Shown here: in pieces, positions 45,077 through 55,352 of the stretch
Numbering within the stretch: position 1 is the stretch's first letter
Layout: each line of letters starts with the position of its first letter
Assembly (NCBI GenBank): GCA_036881865.1
Contig: JBAJNM010000004.1
Coordinates: forward strand, 3,736-67,735
Length of the DNA: 64,000 nt
Source of the DNA: Parvularculales bacterium
GTDB lineage: Bacteria; Pseudomonadota; Alphaproteobacteria; JAPOUT01; JBAJNM01
Direction of reading: 5' to 3'
The notes under the pieces: model-generated
The model's database searches: none
Seen by the model: only the letters and a program-made list of their open reading frames with translations
What the model was told of the DNA's origin: nothing
Position numbers and translations under genes: made by a program

Positions 45077-45741
45077 AACAAAGATGTCTGCCGCAAGACC
45101 GGTTGTGGCACAACGCGCTCCAGCAAAGCTGGATCATCTTCTGCAACCCGATTGATCCGCTTAGATATAGGCCACGCCTCCATAAAATCATCCGGCGCAG
45201 ACACCAAAAACTCCCGCAGAGAAAGCACTTCACTCTCCGGCGTCTCTAGCCATGACGCCCAACCAGCCTCATCAATAATGACCGGCATTCGATGATGATA
45301 CGGCCGTAAAGTCTTGTTAGCCTCAGTAGTAACAATGGTAAAAGAAACCCTGTCCCGAACAGCAGCCATGGCAAAAGGACACCTATCCTGACGCGCAACA
45401 GCAAAAGGCTCTCCTTCCGCACCTGATTGTTTGCGCCATTCATAAAAAGCATCCGCCGGAACCAAACACCGCCCCCTACGAAACGCTTGCCTAAAAGAAG
45501 GCTTGTCCGCCACTGTCTCCGCCCGCGCATTAATAAGCGGCGCCCTTTCAATATTCCCCACATTTGACAACCCCCAACGCATCATCACCATACGGCGCTC
45601 TCCAGCCGTTTGGCAGACAACCGGTGCACTTTGAGTAGGGGCTATGTTATATTGAGGGATATTATGAGTTGCCACACCCTTGCACTCAAATAGCGCCGCA
45701 AGATCTTCCGAGGATTGGATCAAGGCATAACGTCCACACAT
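45073..45741 (-). CDS. SOS-response-associated peptidase (SRAP/YedK family, abasic-site processing)
   Basis: The N-terminal MCGRYAL places the catalytic Cys at position 2. Confidence 0.8.
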   Translation of the reverse strand: MCGRYALIQSSEDLAALFECKGVATHNIPQYNIAPTQSAPVVCQTAGERRMVMMRWGLSNVGNIERAPLINARAETVADKPSFRQAFRRGRCLVPADAFYEWRKQSGAEGEPFAVARQDRCPFAMAAVRDRVSFTIVTTEANKTLRPYHHRMPVIIDEAGWASWLETPESEVLSLREFLVSAPDDFMEAWPISKRINRVAEDDPALLERVVPQPVLRQTSLF

Positions 45742-45845
45742 GACTTAAATTCTCCTCCATATCCGCACCAGTGAGCGCCCGGCTAGCACTTTACCCCCCC
45801 GCCCTCTATAATGGGCCACTATCAGAAAACTCTAAGAGGGTATTT

Positions 45846-46625
45846 ATGTATAAACCGTTTGACCTTAAGGGGAAAGTAACCCTTATCACCGGTGGCAATC
45901 GCGGTATTGGCCTTGGTATGGCGGAAGCGCTGGCTCAGGCAGGCGCAGATGTTGCCATTTGGGGTACCAGCGAAGAGCGCAATGTCAAGGCAAAAGAAGC
46001 ACTCGCCGTCCATGGTGGACGTGTAGTATCGCGACGCATCAATGTTGCAGAAGAAAAAGAAGTGGCCGATGGCATGGCGGCTACCATCGCCGAGATGGGA
46101 CGCGTGGACGCCGTCTTTGCCAATGCCGGAATCGGGGCCCTTAGCGGCCCGTTTACAGACATGCCTACCGAACAATACCGGAAAGTGTTAAGTGTTAATC
46201 TGGATGGCGTCTTCTTCACTCTAAGAGAGGCCGCAAAACACATGGTAGAGCGCGCCAAAGGAGGTGACACAGGAGGCTCGCTGGTGTCTATCTCCAGCCT
46301 CGCCGCCATTGAAGGAGCTGCCCGTAATCAGCATTATGCTGCCACCAAAGGTGCGGTTATCTCCATGATTAAATCCATCGCTGTAGAACACGCCCGCTAT
46401 GGCATACGGGCCAATGCCATTCTGCCCGGGTGGATTGCAACCGACATGACAGAAGGTGCCCAAAACTCAACCGCCTTTGCCGAAAAAGTTATCCCCCGCG
46501 TTCCAGCACGCAGATGGGGTACGCCGGAAGATTTCGGCGGTGCGGCGGTTTATTTCACCAGCGATGCATCATCATATCACTCCGGTGATGTGTTTATTAT
46601 AGATGGTGGCTACGCTATCTTCTAA
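45846..46625 (+). CDS. SDR family oxidoreductase
   Basis: The start is at MYKPFDLKGK after an AGAGGG RBS. Motifs TGGNRGIG and YxxxK. Confidence 0.8.
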   Translation: MYKPFDLKGKVTLITGGNRGIGLGMAEALAQAGADVAIWGTSEERNVKAKEALAVHGGRVVSRRINVAEEKEVADGMAATIAEMGRVDAVFANAGIGALSGPFTDMPTEQYRKVLSVNLDGVFFTLREAAKHMVERAKGGDTGGSLVSISSLAAIEGAARNQHYAATKGAVISMIKSIAVEHARYGIRANAILPGWIATDMTEGAQNSTAFAEKVIPRVPARRWGTPEDFGGAAVYFTSDASSYHSGDVFIIDGGYAIF

Positions 46626-46642
46626 ATTTAGGGAAAACTACT

Positions 46643-47608
46643 ATGAGCCTGAAAACACCTCTTTGCGATATGCTCGGCATTGAACATCCCATCATGCTAG
46701 CAGGTATGGGTGGTGTCTCTTACGCAGAAGTATGCGCTGCCGTATCAGAAGCCGGTGGTTTTGGCTGCCTCGGTATGGCAGGGCTTTCTGTCGATGAAAT
46801 CCAAACACAAGTACGCAAGGTCAAAGAACTTACAAACCGCCCCTTCGGGTTAGATTTGCTAGCCGCCGTGCCTGAATCTCTGGAACGCACCGCAGACATC
46901 ATGATTGAAGAAGGCATCACCGCTTTTGTTTCTGGTCTTGGTGTACCGGTCAATATTCTGGAGCGCCTTCATAGTGCCGACATCTTGGTCATGAATGTAT
47001 GTGGAGCGGTGAGTCATGCAGTTTCCGGTGCTGCTGCCGGTGTGGACGCCGTCATCGCCCAAGGCACAGAAGCCGGTGGACATACAGGCCGTGTTGCCGG
47101 TATGGCACTCATCCCCCAAATTACTGACGCAGTGGATATTCCCGTCATTGCGGCAGGCTCTATTGTAGACGGACGCGGCCTCGTCGCAGCCCTAGCCTTT
47201 GGCTGTCAGGGCGTGTGGATGGGTACACGTTTTATTGCCTCGGAAGAAGCCCACGCCGCCGATATGTACAAGCAGGTTGTTCTGGACGCGGACGACAGAG
47301 ACACCATCATCACGCGGTGTTATTCCGGCAAGCCCATGCGTGTGCATCGAAACCCCTACGTAGATAATTGGGAGAATCGCCCTCAAGAGATAAAACCCTT
47401 CCCCGAACAAGCCATTATCTCTCATAAAGCCAATGTGATGGGCGGCATTGGCGGTCAAATAGAAGGGTTGGACAAGGAAAAAAGTTGCTTTGCCATGGGC
47501 CAGGGAGCAGGGGCGATCCATGATGTCCTGCCATGTAGAGATATTATTAACCGTACCATCACCGAGGCCGAGGCCATTATAGAAAAAATGCAGGCCGTTA
47601 AAGTCTAA
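46643..47608 (+). CDS. Nitronate monooxygenase (2-nitropropane dioxygenase family)
   Basis: 321 aa, FMN TIM-barrel, with motifs (IMLAGMGGVS, GGHTG). Confidence 0.8.
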   Translation: MSLKTPLCDMLGIEHPIMLAGMGGVSYAEVCAAVSEAGGFGCLGMAGLSVDEIQTQVRKVKELTNRPFGLDLLAAVPESLERTADIMIEEGITAFVSGLGVPVNILERLHSADILVMNVCGAVSHAVSGAAAGVDAVIAQGTEAGGHTGRVAGMALIPQITDAVDIPVIAAGSIVDGRGLVAALAFGCQGVWMGTRFIASEEAHAADMYKQVVLDADDRDTIITRCYSGKPMRVHRNPYVDNWENRPQEIKPFPEQAIISHKANVMGGIGGQIEGLDKEKSCFAMGQGAGAIHDVLPCRDIINRTITEAEAIIEKMQAVKV

Positions 47609-47691
47609 GCATTTGAATTTTTTGGCCATGAGCGCTATAACCATCCCTTAACCAAAACGCTCGAAATCTGAAAAACTCACAGGAGACCTCT

Positions 47692-48348
47692 ATGGCAGAC
47701 ACCCCAGCCTTGGCGGTGGAACCAAGACAAACTCAAGGCAAAGGTGCCGCACGTGCATTACGGCGGTCAGGTCGTGTACCGGGCGTTGTGTATGGTCGCA
47801 CGGTGGCCTCTGAATCTATTAGTCTAGAGCCTAAAACCCTCAACCGCCTTATCCAGACTGGAAGCTTTATGAGTACACCCCTCACGCTCACTCTGGAAGG
47901 TAAAGAAATACGGGTTATCCCCCGCGCCATGCAAAGAGACCCTATACGTGATTCCGTCATGCACGTAGATTTCATGCTACTCAATAAAGATACCTCTCTT
48001 ACCGTTGAAGTGCCCGTGCAGTTTATCAATGAAGAGGCAAGTCCTGGTCTTAAGCGTGGCGGCGTGTTGAATATTGTCCGTCATGAAGTGGAGTTGCTCT
48101 GTCCGGCAGATAAAATTCCCGAATACATCGTCGTTGACGTGGGAGGGGGTGATGTTGGCGATTCTTTTCATATATCTCACGTTGCTCTGCCCGATGGCGT
48201 AACCCCTACCATTACCGACCGAGATTTCACCATCGCCACCGTGGCTGCTCCTGCTGCTTTGCGTGGCGAAGAAGAGGAAACAGCAGAGGACACAGAGGCC
48301 ACAGAAGATGAGGCAAGCGAAGAGGCTTCATCAGAAAATAGCGACTAG
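47692..48348 (+). CDS. rplY: 50S ribosomal protein L25 / general stress protein Ctc
   Basis: 218 aa with an acidic C-terminal tail. Confidence 0.85.
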   Translation: MADTPALAVEPRQTQGKGAARALRRSGRVPGVVYGRTVASESISLEPKTLNRLIQTGSFMSTPLTLTLEGKEIRVIPRAMQRDPIRDSVMHVDFMLLNKDTSLTVEVPVQFINEEASPGLKRGGVLNIVRHEVELLCPADKIPEYIVVDVGGGDVGDSFHISHVALPDGVTPTITDRDFTIATVAAPAALRGEEEETAEDTEATEDEASEEASSENSD

Positions 48349-48395
48349 GCTTAACATAACCTTGCAACAATTTTGGGGATAGGGAGGACGCTCCC

Positions 48396-49004
48396 ATGAT
48401 TTTGCTTGTGGGTCTTGGTAATCCCGGTGCAGTTCATGCTACCCATCGTCACAATGTAGGCTTCATGGCTGTGGATACCATTCGCCAGCACCATATATTT
48501 GGTAACGAGCGTGACCGATTTCAGGGTCTTGTAAGCGAAGGCAGATTAGGCAGCCATAAAGCACTAGTTCTTAAACCTACCACTTGGATGAACCTTTCGG
48601 GTCAATCGGTAGCGGCGGCAGCGAGATTTTATCGTATAGAACCAGGGAACATTGTGGTATTTCATGACGAGATAGCACTTGCACCAAGCCGGATACGTAT
48701 AAAAAAAGGCGGAGGAGCTGCCGGTCATAACGGTATTAAATCTGTTATAGCCCACATAGGCGCCGATTTTCGCAGAGTACGAATTGGCGTGGGGCATCCG
48801 GGTACACGAGAGCAGGTCAATGCCCACGTTTTAAGTAACTTTAATAAAGTGGAAACCGAATGGCTAACCCCGCTTCTGGATGCCATGTCGGAAGCCGCTC
48901 CTCTGCTGGCTGAAGAGGGACGAGATGATGCCTTTGCCAGCCGCATACACTCTATACTATCACCTAACCACGGCAATACTCCCCGGCAACAGACAAGAGA
49001 ATAA
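48396..49004 (+). CDS. pth: Peptidyl-tRNA hydrolase
   Basis: N-terminal LLVGLGNPG...HRHNVGF. Confidence 0.9.
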   Translation: MILLVGLGNPGAVHATHRHNVGFMAVDTIRQHHIFGNERDRFQGLVSEGRLGSHKALVLKPTTWMNLSGQSVAAAARFYRIEPGNIVVFHDEIALAPSRIRIKKGGGAAGHNGIKSVIAHIGADFRRVRIGVGHPGTREQVNAHVLSNFNKVETEWLTPLLDAMSEAAPLLAEEGRDDAFASRIHSILSPNHGNTPRQQTRE

Positions 49005-49009
49005 ATCCC

Positions 49010-50107
49010 ATGGGTTTCAAATGCGGCATTGTTGGCTTGCCCAATGTAGGTAAATCTACTCTTTTTAACGCTCTTACCAAAACGGCCTCCGCTCAGGCGG
49101 CTAATTATCCCTTTTGCACCATTGAACCCAATGTCGGGGATGTGGCCGTGCCAGATGATCGCCTTGAGGCTTTGGGCACACTGGCAAAATCGGCGCGCAT
49201 TGTGCCAACGCGTTTGATGTTTGTTGACATTGCCGGTCTGGTGCAAGGGGCCGCCAAGGGCGAGGGATTGGGCAATCAGTTTTTGGCCAACATACGTGAG
49301 GTAGATGCCATCATTCACGTTCTGCGTTGTTTTGAAGATGATGATATTACCCATGTGGAAGGACGGGTTGACCCGGTAGCGGACGCTCAAATTGTCACTA
49401 CGGAACTCATGTTGGCGGATATGGAAAGTCTGGAAAAACGCCGGGTAGTGTTAGAGAAAAAAGTACGTGGACAAGATGCAGAGGCCAAAGAAACGTTAGT
49501 TCTTGTAGATGACGCGCTGGCCCTGCTGCGAGAAGGCAAGCCGGCGCGGGATGCTGTCATCACCCCCGAAAAACAAGCCTTGTGGCAGCGGTTACAACTT
49601 TTGACCACACAGCCTGTTTTGTATATCTGCAATGTGGCTGAAGAACACGCCGCAACCGGCAATAACCACACGCAGGCAGTCACAGAACTAGCGCAATCCG
49701 AAGGCGCAGGTGCTCTTGTGATTGCCGTGCGCACAGAAGAAGAACTGGCTCTTCTTGATGACGAAGAACAGATAGAATATCTTGCAGCCCTTAACCTTGA
49801 GGAACCGGGTTTAATGCGTCTTATTCGTGCAGGATATGCTCTTTTGGGTCTGATTACGTGGTTTACCGCAGGACCCAAAGAGGCTCGCGCCTGGACATCG
49901 CCCTCAACAAGTTTAGCGCCTCAAGCGGCAGGCATTATTCACAGCGATTTTGAAAAAAGTTTTATCCGCGCCGAGATTATTCCTTATGATGATTATGTTT
50001 CTCTTGGCGGCTATAACGCCGCACGGGAGTCAGGCAAACTTCGATTGGAAGGCAAGGAGTATGTCATGCAAGATGGTGACGTTGTTTTGTTTCGCACAGG
50101 TAATTAG
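49010..50107 (+). CDS. ychF: Redox-regulated ATPase YchF (Obg-family GTPase)
   Basis: G1 motif GLPNVGKST plus a C-terminal TGS domain. Confidence 0.9.
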   Translation: MGFKCGIVGLPNVGKSTLFNALTKTASAQAANYPFCTIEPNVGDVAVPDDRLEALGTLAKSARIVPTRLMFVDIAGLVQGAAKGEGLGNQFLANIREVDAIIHVLRCFEDDDITHVEGRVDPVADAQIVTTELMLADMESLEKRRVVLEKKVRGQDAEAKETLVLVDDALALLREGKPARDAVITPEKQALWQRLQLLTTQPVLYICNVAEEHAATGNNHTQAVTELAQSEGAGALVIAVRTEEELALLDDEEQIEYLAALNLEEPGLMRLIRAGYALLGLITWFTAGPKEARAWTSPSTSLAPQAAGIIHSDFEKSFIRAEIIPYDDYVSLGGYNAARESGKLRLEGKEYVMQDGDVVLFRTGN

Positions 50108-50163
50108 AGACGTCCATATCTGGCCACAACAGTCATAGCGGAATGTTATTAATAGGAGGGCGT

Positions 50164-50869
50164 GATGACCGAAGAAGAACTTGAAGAACTTATCGAGAAC
50201 TGTCCTAAACTTTATCATATGGCCGAAAGAGGCTCTTGGTCTTCAATAGAAAAACAAGGTTTATTCAGCACAAGTGCACTCCTTGACCTGTATGGTTATA
50301 CAGGGGAAGAGCGATAAGCCATAGAAGAGAGATGGCGATCAAAATCAAAACCCATAGAAGAACAGCATCGCCAAGAATGTGTTGATATTAACAATCCCTC
50401 TTTACCAAGAGGTGTGGTGATAAGAGACCAAGGCCCCATGAGCGAGGAAGATCTTCAGCAATGCTTGCCTAAGGACATTACACCTGCCGACTGGTATAGG
50501 ACGCTAAATAGAAAGGTTTTCTTTTGGTTAACAGAAGAAAGATTATTTAGACTGACTTCAGCAAGAGCCTACAGAAATAGAAAACATGATGTCCTCGAAA
50601 TATGCACACACTCTCTAATCGAAGCACACCGAAGTAAAATATGGCTTTGTCCTATAAATAGCGGATTTGCAAAATTTCACAACAGAAGAGACCATAATAC
50701 TTTTTCAAGAATCTGTTGTTACCCATATGGGGAGATGAAGAAGAAAGACCAAGCAGGAAAACCATGGGTGGTAGAATTGACCGTTGACTATTCAGTTCCT
50801 GATATTGCGCAGCATGTTGTAAGTGTTAAGGAGATACAGGGGAAAACAACAATCTCAACTATAAAATAG
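50164..50869 (+). pseudogene. Disrupted gene for an ADP-ribosyltransferase-fold (DarT/DUF4433-like) protein. The N-terminal segment is at 50164..50316, stopped by a TAA at about 50314-50316, and the remainder is the listed ORF 50414..50869
   Basis: An AGGAGGG RBS precedes an ATG giving MTEEELEELIENCPKLYHMAERGSWSSIEKQGLFSTSALLDLYGYTGEER followed by a stop. Downstream, VVIRDQGPMSEE...ADWYRTLNRKVFFWLTEERLFRL...KPWVVELTVDYSVPDIAQHVV continues the same protein architecture. The N-terminal LYH...GL motif and central VFFW resemble DarT. GC is lower than both flanks. Confidence 0.5.
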
Positions 50870-50969
50870 CTGAAAAATCATGATACCTATATTTCCGGTG
50901 ACCATGTCTATACTTCCATCCATGGCCCACATTAAACTCGCCGCTACCTTCAATGACGATTACGCCAGA

Positions 50970-51776
50970 TTAGTGAGCGTCAGTCCACACTTTGCGCATG
51001 GCAAAAAAGAACAACCCTGCCAGAATTACAAGATAAATCAGCACCTGAAAGCCAATCCGCTTGCGCTCCTCCATTTTGGGCTCCGCCGCCCACGTCAGAA
51101 ACTGCACGACATCTCTTGCCATCTGATCAACGGTTTCCGGTGTGCCATCGGCATAATCCACTATCTCGTCTGATAGGGGCGGCGCCATGGCAACCAAACC
51201 GCCGGAAAAATAAGGATTGTAATATTGTCCCCCCGGAACCGTAACCCCCTCCGGCGCTGCCTCCCCATACCCCGTCAAAAGAGAATAGATATAATCCGAC
51301 CCATCAAAATACGACTTGGCTACAAGAGACAAATCCGGCGGCAAAGCCCCGCCATTGGCAACCCGCGCGGCTTGCTCATTAGGAAAGGGCGACACAAACG
51401 CATCCTTTGGCAACGCCGGACGAGTGAACATGTCGCCTTCTTGGTCAGGCCCGTCTTCCACTTCATGTTCAGCTGCCAGAGCCTTAACCTCTTCAGCACT
51501 GAACGCCGGACCACCCTCATCGCCCAAATTGCGATAGGACAAAAACCGCATGCTATGGCAAGAAGCACAGACCTCCGTATAAACCTGATACCCACGGCGC
51601 AGAGCATCACGATCGTAGAGACCAAATGGCCCCTCAAAAGACCAACCCGGCTGCTTGAGGGTGCGCTGCTCCCCGGCAGCCCATGATAATCCCGCCCCAC
51701 CCACAACACCGGCGATGCCAACAATCGCCAACAAAGATAACGCCAGCGCAGAGCTTCTCACTATCACAAGCCTCAC
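50970..51776 (-). CDS. petC: Cytochrome c1 (bc1 complex)
   Basis: CxxCH heme motif (CASCHS) and a C-terminal membrane anchor. Confidence 0.85.
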   Translation of the reverse strand: MRLVIVRSSALALSLLAIVGIAGVVGGAGLSWAAGEQRTLKQPGWSFEGPFGLYDRDALRRGYQVYTEVCASCHSMRFLSYRNLGDEGGPAFSAEEVKALAAEHEVEDGPDQEGDMFTRPALPKDAFVSPFPNEQAARVANGGALPPDLSLVAKSYFDGSDYIYSLLTGYGEAAPEGVTVPGGQYYNPYFSGGLVAMAPPLSDEIVDYADGTPETVDQMARDVVQFLTWAAEPKMEERKRIGFQVLIYLVILAGLFFFAMRKVWTDAH

Positions 51777-53011
51777 GATGCCCCTCTTTCGCCCTCAGAT
51801 AATACAGGCTTAGAGAGGCTCTCCGGCAAGGGAGATGTTTTCTCCCACATACCTAAAAGAGGCATCACGATAAGAAAGTGAGCAAAATACCAAGCCGTCA
51901 GCAAACGTGCTACGGTCACATAGATTCCTTCCGCCGGCTGTGTACCAAGCCAGCCCAGCGCTATACAGACAGCAACGAAGATAAAGAAAAACTGCCTATA
52001 AAGAGGCCTAAACCTCGCCGAGCGCACTTTGGATGTATCAAGCCACGGCAAGAAAAACAAAACAAGAATAGCCGCAAACATGGCAACAACGCCCATCAGT
52101 TTGTCGGGAATGGCACGCAAGATGGCATAAAACGGTGTGAGATACCATTCCGGTACAATATGTTCCGGCGTTACCAGTGGATTAGCCTCGGCATAATTAT
52201 CCGGATGCCCCATAGCGTTGGGATCAAAGAAGATAAACCACGCAAACAGAATCAAAAATAACGTCAGAGCAAAACCATCCTTGAGTGTGTAGTAGGGATG
52301 AAAAGGTAGCGTATCCTGATCTCGCCTAGCCGTAATGCCCACAGGATTATTGTTGCCCGGTACATGAAGCGCCCAGATATGCAACACCACAACGCCGGCA
52401 ATCATGAAAGGCAACAGATAATGCAGACTGAAGAAGCGGTTTAGGGTGGCATTTCCTACAGAAAAATCGCCCCACAACCACTCACGTACCGCCTCACCTA
52501 TAAAAGGCACAGCTCCGAAGAGATTGGTAATAACCGTAGCCCCCCATACACTCATCTGTCCCCACGGTAAAACATAACCAAAGAAGGCAGTTGCCATCAT
52601 CAGCAAATAAATCACAACACCTAAAATCCACAAAATTTCCCGAGGCTCTTTGTAGGAACCATAGTAAAGCCCCCGGAATATATGAATATAAACGGCGACA
52701 AAAAACAAAGAGGCACCGTTTGCGTGAGCATAGCGGATAAGCCAACCGTAATTCACATCCCGCATAATATGTTCAACACTACCAAAGGCTAAATCAACAT
52801 TAGGGACATAGTGCATCGCCAACACAATGCCGGTGATAATTTGTGAGACCAAAAAGAAGCTCAAAATGCCGCCAAAGGTCCACCAATAATTGAGATTTTT
52901 TGGCGTCGGGTAGTCCAGAATATTATCATGTGCAAATCGTATGATAGGTAAGCGTTCATCCATCCACCGAGATATACCGGTTTTGGGAACATATGTGTTT
53001 TTGTGACTCAT
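51773..53011 (-). CDS. petB: Cytochrome b (bc1 complex)
   Basis: 412 aa with multiple TMs and conserved His ligands. Confidence 0.9.
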   Translation of the reverse strand: MSHKNTYVPKTGISRWMDERLPIIRFAHDNILDYPTPKNLNYWWTFGGILSFFLVSQIITGIVLAMHYVPNVDLAFGSVEHIMRDVNYGWLIRYAHANGASLFFVAVYIHIFRGLYYGSYKEPREILWILGVVIYLLMMATAFFGYVLPWGQMSVWGATVITNLFGAVPFIGEAVREWLWGDFSVGNATLNRFFSLHYLLPFMIAGVVVLHIWALHVPGNNNPVGITARRDQDTLPFHPYYTLKDGFALTLFLILFAWFIFFDPNAMGHPDNYAEANPLVTPEHIVPEWYLTPFYAILRAIPDKLMGVVAMFAAILVLFFLPWLDTSKVRSARFRPLYRQFFFIFVAVCIALGWLGTQPAEGIYVTVARLLTAWYFAHFLIVMPLLGMWEKTSPLPESLSKPVLSEGERGAS

Positions 53012-53030
53012 TCTATCCTTAGCCCTACTA

Positions 53031-53594
53031 CTAACCTATCCTGATACGCGTATCGGTAAGGAATACATAATCCGGTACTTCCAAATTTAACGGGGCCGGA
53101 CCTTTCCTGATACGTCCGGAGGTATCATAGTGAGACCCATGACAAGGACAAAACCAGCCCCCATAGTCGCCCCTCTGCCCCAGCGGCACACAACCCAAAT
53201 GAGTGCAGATACCTACCATTACCAACCACTCCGGTCGTTGTATGCGAGCTTCATCGGATTGCGGATCAGGTAGATCGCTAAGAGGGGTCGCTTCAGCAGA
53301 AGTAATTTCCTCCTCTGTGCGATGGCGGATAAAAACCGGCTTACCGCGCCACTTTACAGTGATGGACTGACCAACCTCAACAGCAGAAATATCAATCTCC
53401 ACCGCCGCCAAAGCACGAACAGAAGCATCAGGGTTCATCTGATCAATCAAAGGCCAAGCAACACCCGCCACCCCAACGGCACCAAAAGAGGCTGTTGCAA
53501 TATAGATGAAATCGCGGCGCGTTGACTCCTCTCCGCCATCTTGTGCTTGACCGTTCTGCATACCATCACGATCTGCAATATCGCTTTGCGACAT
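53031..53594 (-). CDS. petA: Ubiquinol-cytochrome c reductase Rieske iron-sulfur subunit
   Basis: Rieske boxes CTHLGC and CPCHGS. Confidence 0.9.
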   Translation of the reverse strand: MSQSDIADRDGMQNGQAQDGGEESTRRDFIYIATASFGAVGVAGVAWPLIDQMNPDASVRALAAVEIDISAVEVGQSITVKWRGKPVFIRHRTEEEITSAEATPLSDLPDPQSDEARIQRPEWLVMVGICTHLGCVPLGQRGDYGGWFCPCHGSHYDTSGRIRKGPAPLNLEVPDYVFLTDTRIRIG

Positions 53595-53700
53595 ATTCCG
53601 CTCCCGTCCTGTTTACCTATTCGTTATGCAACGATTTCCCTCAATCTTTTCGCACTGAACAAGGCGAATGTCCACCCCCACACACATTATCTCTGCTTTA

Positions 53701-54201
53701 TTAAGCGCTCTCCTCATCCCCCGTTGACCGCCCCTCAAGAGGTGCACCAGGCAGATATTTAGACCGGCGAATAGTCAGCGCCGTCCTCACATGGGCAACA
53801 TTGGGCGCAGGTGTTAGTTTTTTCGTCAAGAAAATTTGAAAAGCCGCCAGATTGGGGGAAACACATTTCAAGATAAAATCAATATCGCCGTTTAGCATGT
53901 AACACTCCCGCACCATGAGCCAATCCGCAACACGGGCCTCAAAGGCTTGAAGATCAGATTCCGCCTGACTGTGCAATCCAACCATAGCGAACACTGTCAC
54001 TTCAAACCCAAGGGCGGTGATATTGAGGTCACCATAATAACCACGAATCAATCCTTTTTTCTCCAGTGCCCGCACCCGCCGCAAACAAGAAGGTGGTGAT
54101 ATGCCCACCCGGGAAGCTAGGGCAACATTGGTCACCCGGCCATGAGTCTGAAGCGCTTCAAGTATTCGCCAATCTGTGGTATCCAACGTAGCCCTTGGCA
54201 T
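53701..54201 (-). CDS. lrp: Lrp/AsnC family transcriptional regulator
   Basis: N-terminal HTH (DWRILEALQTHGRVTNVALASRVGISPPSCLRRVRALE) plus a RAM domain. Confidence 0.8.
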   Translation of the reverse strand: MPRATLDTTDWRILEALQTHGRVTNVALASRVGISPPSCLRRVRALEKKGLIRGYYGDLNITALGFEVTVFAMVGLHSQAESDLQAFEARVADWLMVRECYMLNGDIDFILKCVSPNLAAFQIFLTKKLTPAPNVAHVRTALTIRRSKYLPGAPLEGRSTGDEESA

Positions 54202-54248
54202 AATTTACTCCTTCCCTCAAAACTCGACCAAAAAGTGACCAGAGCCCG

Positions 54249-55280
54249 ATGGTGAAAGTAAAACGTTCAGTGACTAATTTCAGCAATAAAATTTCATCTA
54301 CCGAACAAAAGCTGGAACAACATAACACAAAGCCTCAATCCTATTCCCCACCTTATAAAGCATGGGTTATTACCGGAGGCGCTGTGGGTATGGAGAATCA
54401 ATGTTTGGGGCTAGCCCAAGCTCTAGATATTGAGCCTGTGATAAAACGGGTAAGCCCCCCCGCTCCTTGGCGCTGGTTGGCCCCCCATGGCCCTGCCGCC
54501 CCCTGCCCTGACATCAAACCGCCATGGCCAAACTTGCTAATTGCCCTTGGTCGCCAAAGCATACCCTACGCCCGTACCATGAAGCGCTGGTCAGGGGGTA
54601 AGACCTTTGTGGCCCTTCTGCAAAATCCTCATATTCCCCTACGTCATTTTGATTTTGTCTGGGCTCCCCGTCATGATGGTCTGGAGGGAGATAATGTTTT
54701 TTCCACCCTAACCCATCCTCATCTGCTGACGGTGGAGAAATTACAGAGGGAAACTGCATTGTGGTCGGAAAAATTATCATTTTTGCCACGCCCTCGCATC
54801 GCCGTTCTAGTGGGGGGGGATACTCGCGCGGGGGGAGCCCTCAACAAAGACGATATGTATCGCCTGTGTTCAAGGTTAAGACGAATAGCGCAAAACAAGG
54901 GGGCCGGATTGATGATTACCCCCTCTCGCCGCACCGGCGAATGGCGTATCGCCCTGTTGAGAAAGGCTCTGAGAGACTTGCCTTTCTGGATGTGGAGTGG
55001 CACACCGCCTAACCCTTATGCCGGATTTCTGGGGTTGGCGGATGTGGTGGTAGTCACGGGGGATTCAACCAACATGGTTGGCGAGGCTGCCGTTACAGGC
55101 AAGCCTGTTTATGTCTTTCACACTAGACAAGCCTCCACCCGTCATACCCGCTTCCTTGAAGATATGACCCAAGCGGGCATTGTCCGTTTCTTTGGAGATC
55201 AAATAGAAGAGTGGACTTACCCACCTCTCAATGCAACACCGGATATTGCGCACGCTCTCCGCCAAGCATGGGGCATTTAA
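54249..55280 (+). CDS. ELM1/DUF1022 (mitochondrial-fission ELM1-like) family protein
   Basis: 343 aa containing WVITGGAVGMENQCLGLAQAL. The true start may be internal. Confidence 0.55.
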   Translation: MVKVKRSVTNFSNKISSTEQKLEQHNTKPQSYSPPYKAWVITGGAVGMENQCLGLAQALDIEPVIKRVSPPAPWRWLAPHGPAAPCPDIKPPWPNLLIALGRQSIPYARTMKRWSGGKTFVALLQNPHIPLRHFDFVWAPRHDGLEGDNVFSTLTHPHLLTVEKLQRETALWSEKLSFLPRPRIAVLVGGDTRAGGALNKDDMYRLCSRLRRIAQNKGAGLMITPSRRTGEWRIALLRKALRDLPFWMWSGTPPNPYAGFLGLADVVVVTGDSTNMVGEAAVTGKPVYVFHTRQASTRHTRFLEDMTQAGIVRFFGDQIEEWTYPPLNATPDIAHALRQAWGI

Positions 55281-55352
55281 AAATTGAAACCCCGTTAAAT
55301 GGTCGCTATGGTGGGACTCTATCTCACTTTAATTATATAGACCTATCCCGCA

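Noticed and set aside
50880-51173. A 97-aa plus-strand ORF at the edge of the ychF-petC islet.
   Set aside because: It largely overlaps the 3' end of petC on the opposite strand and has no start context.
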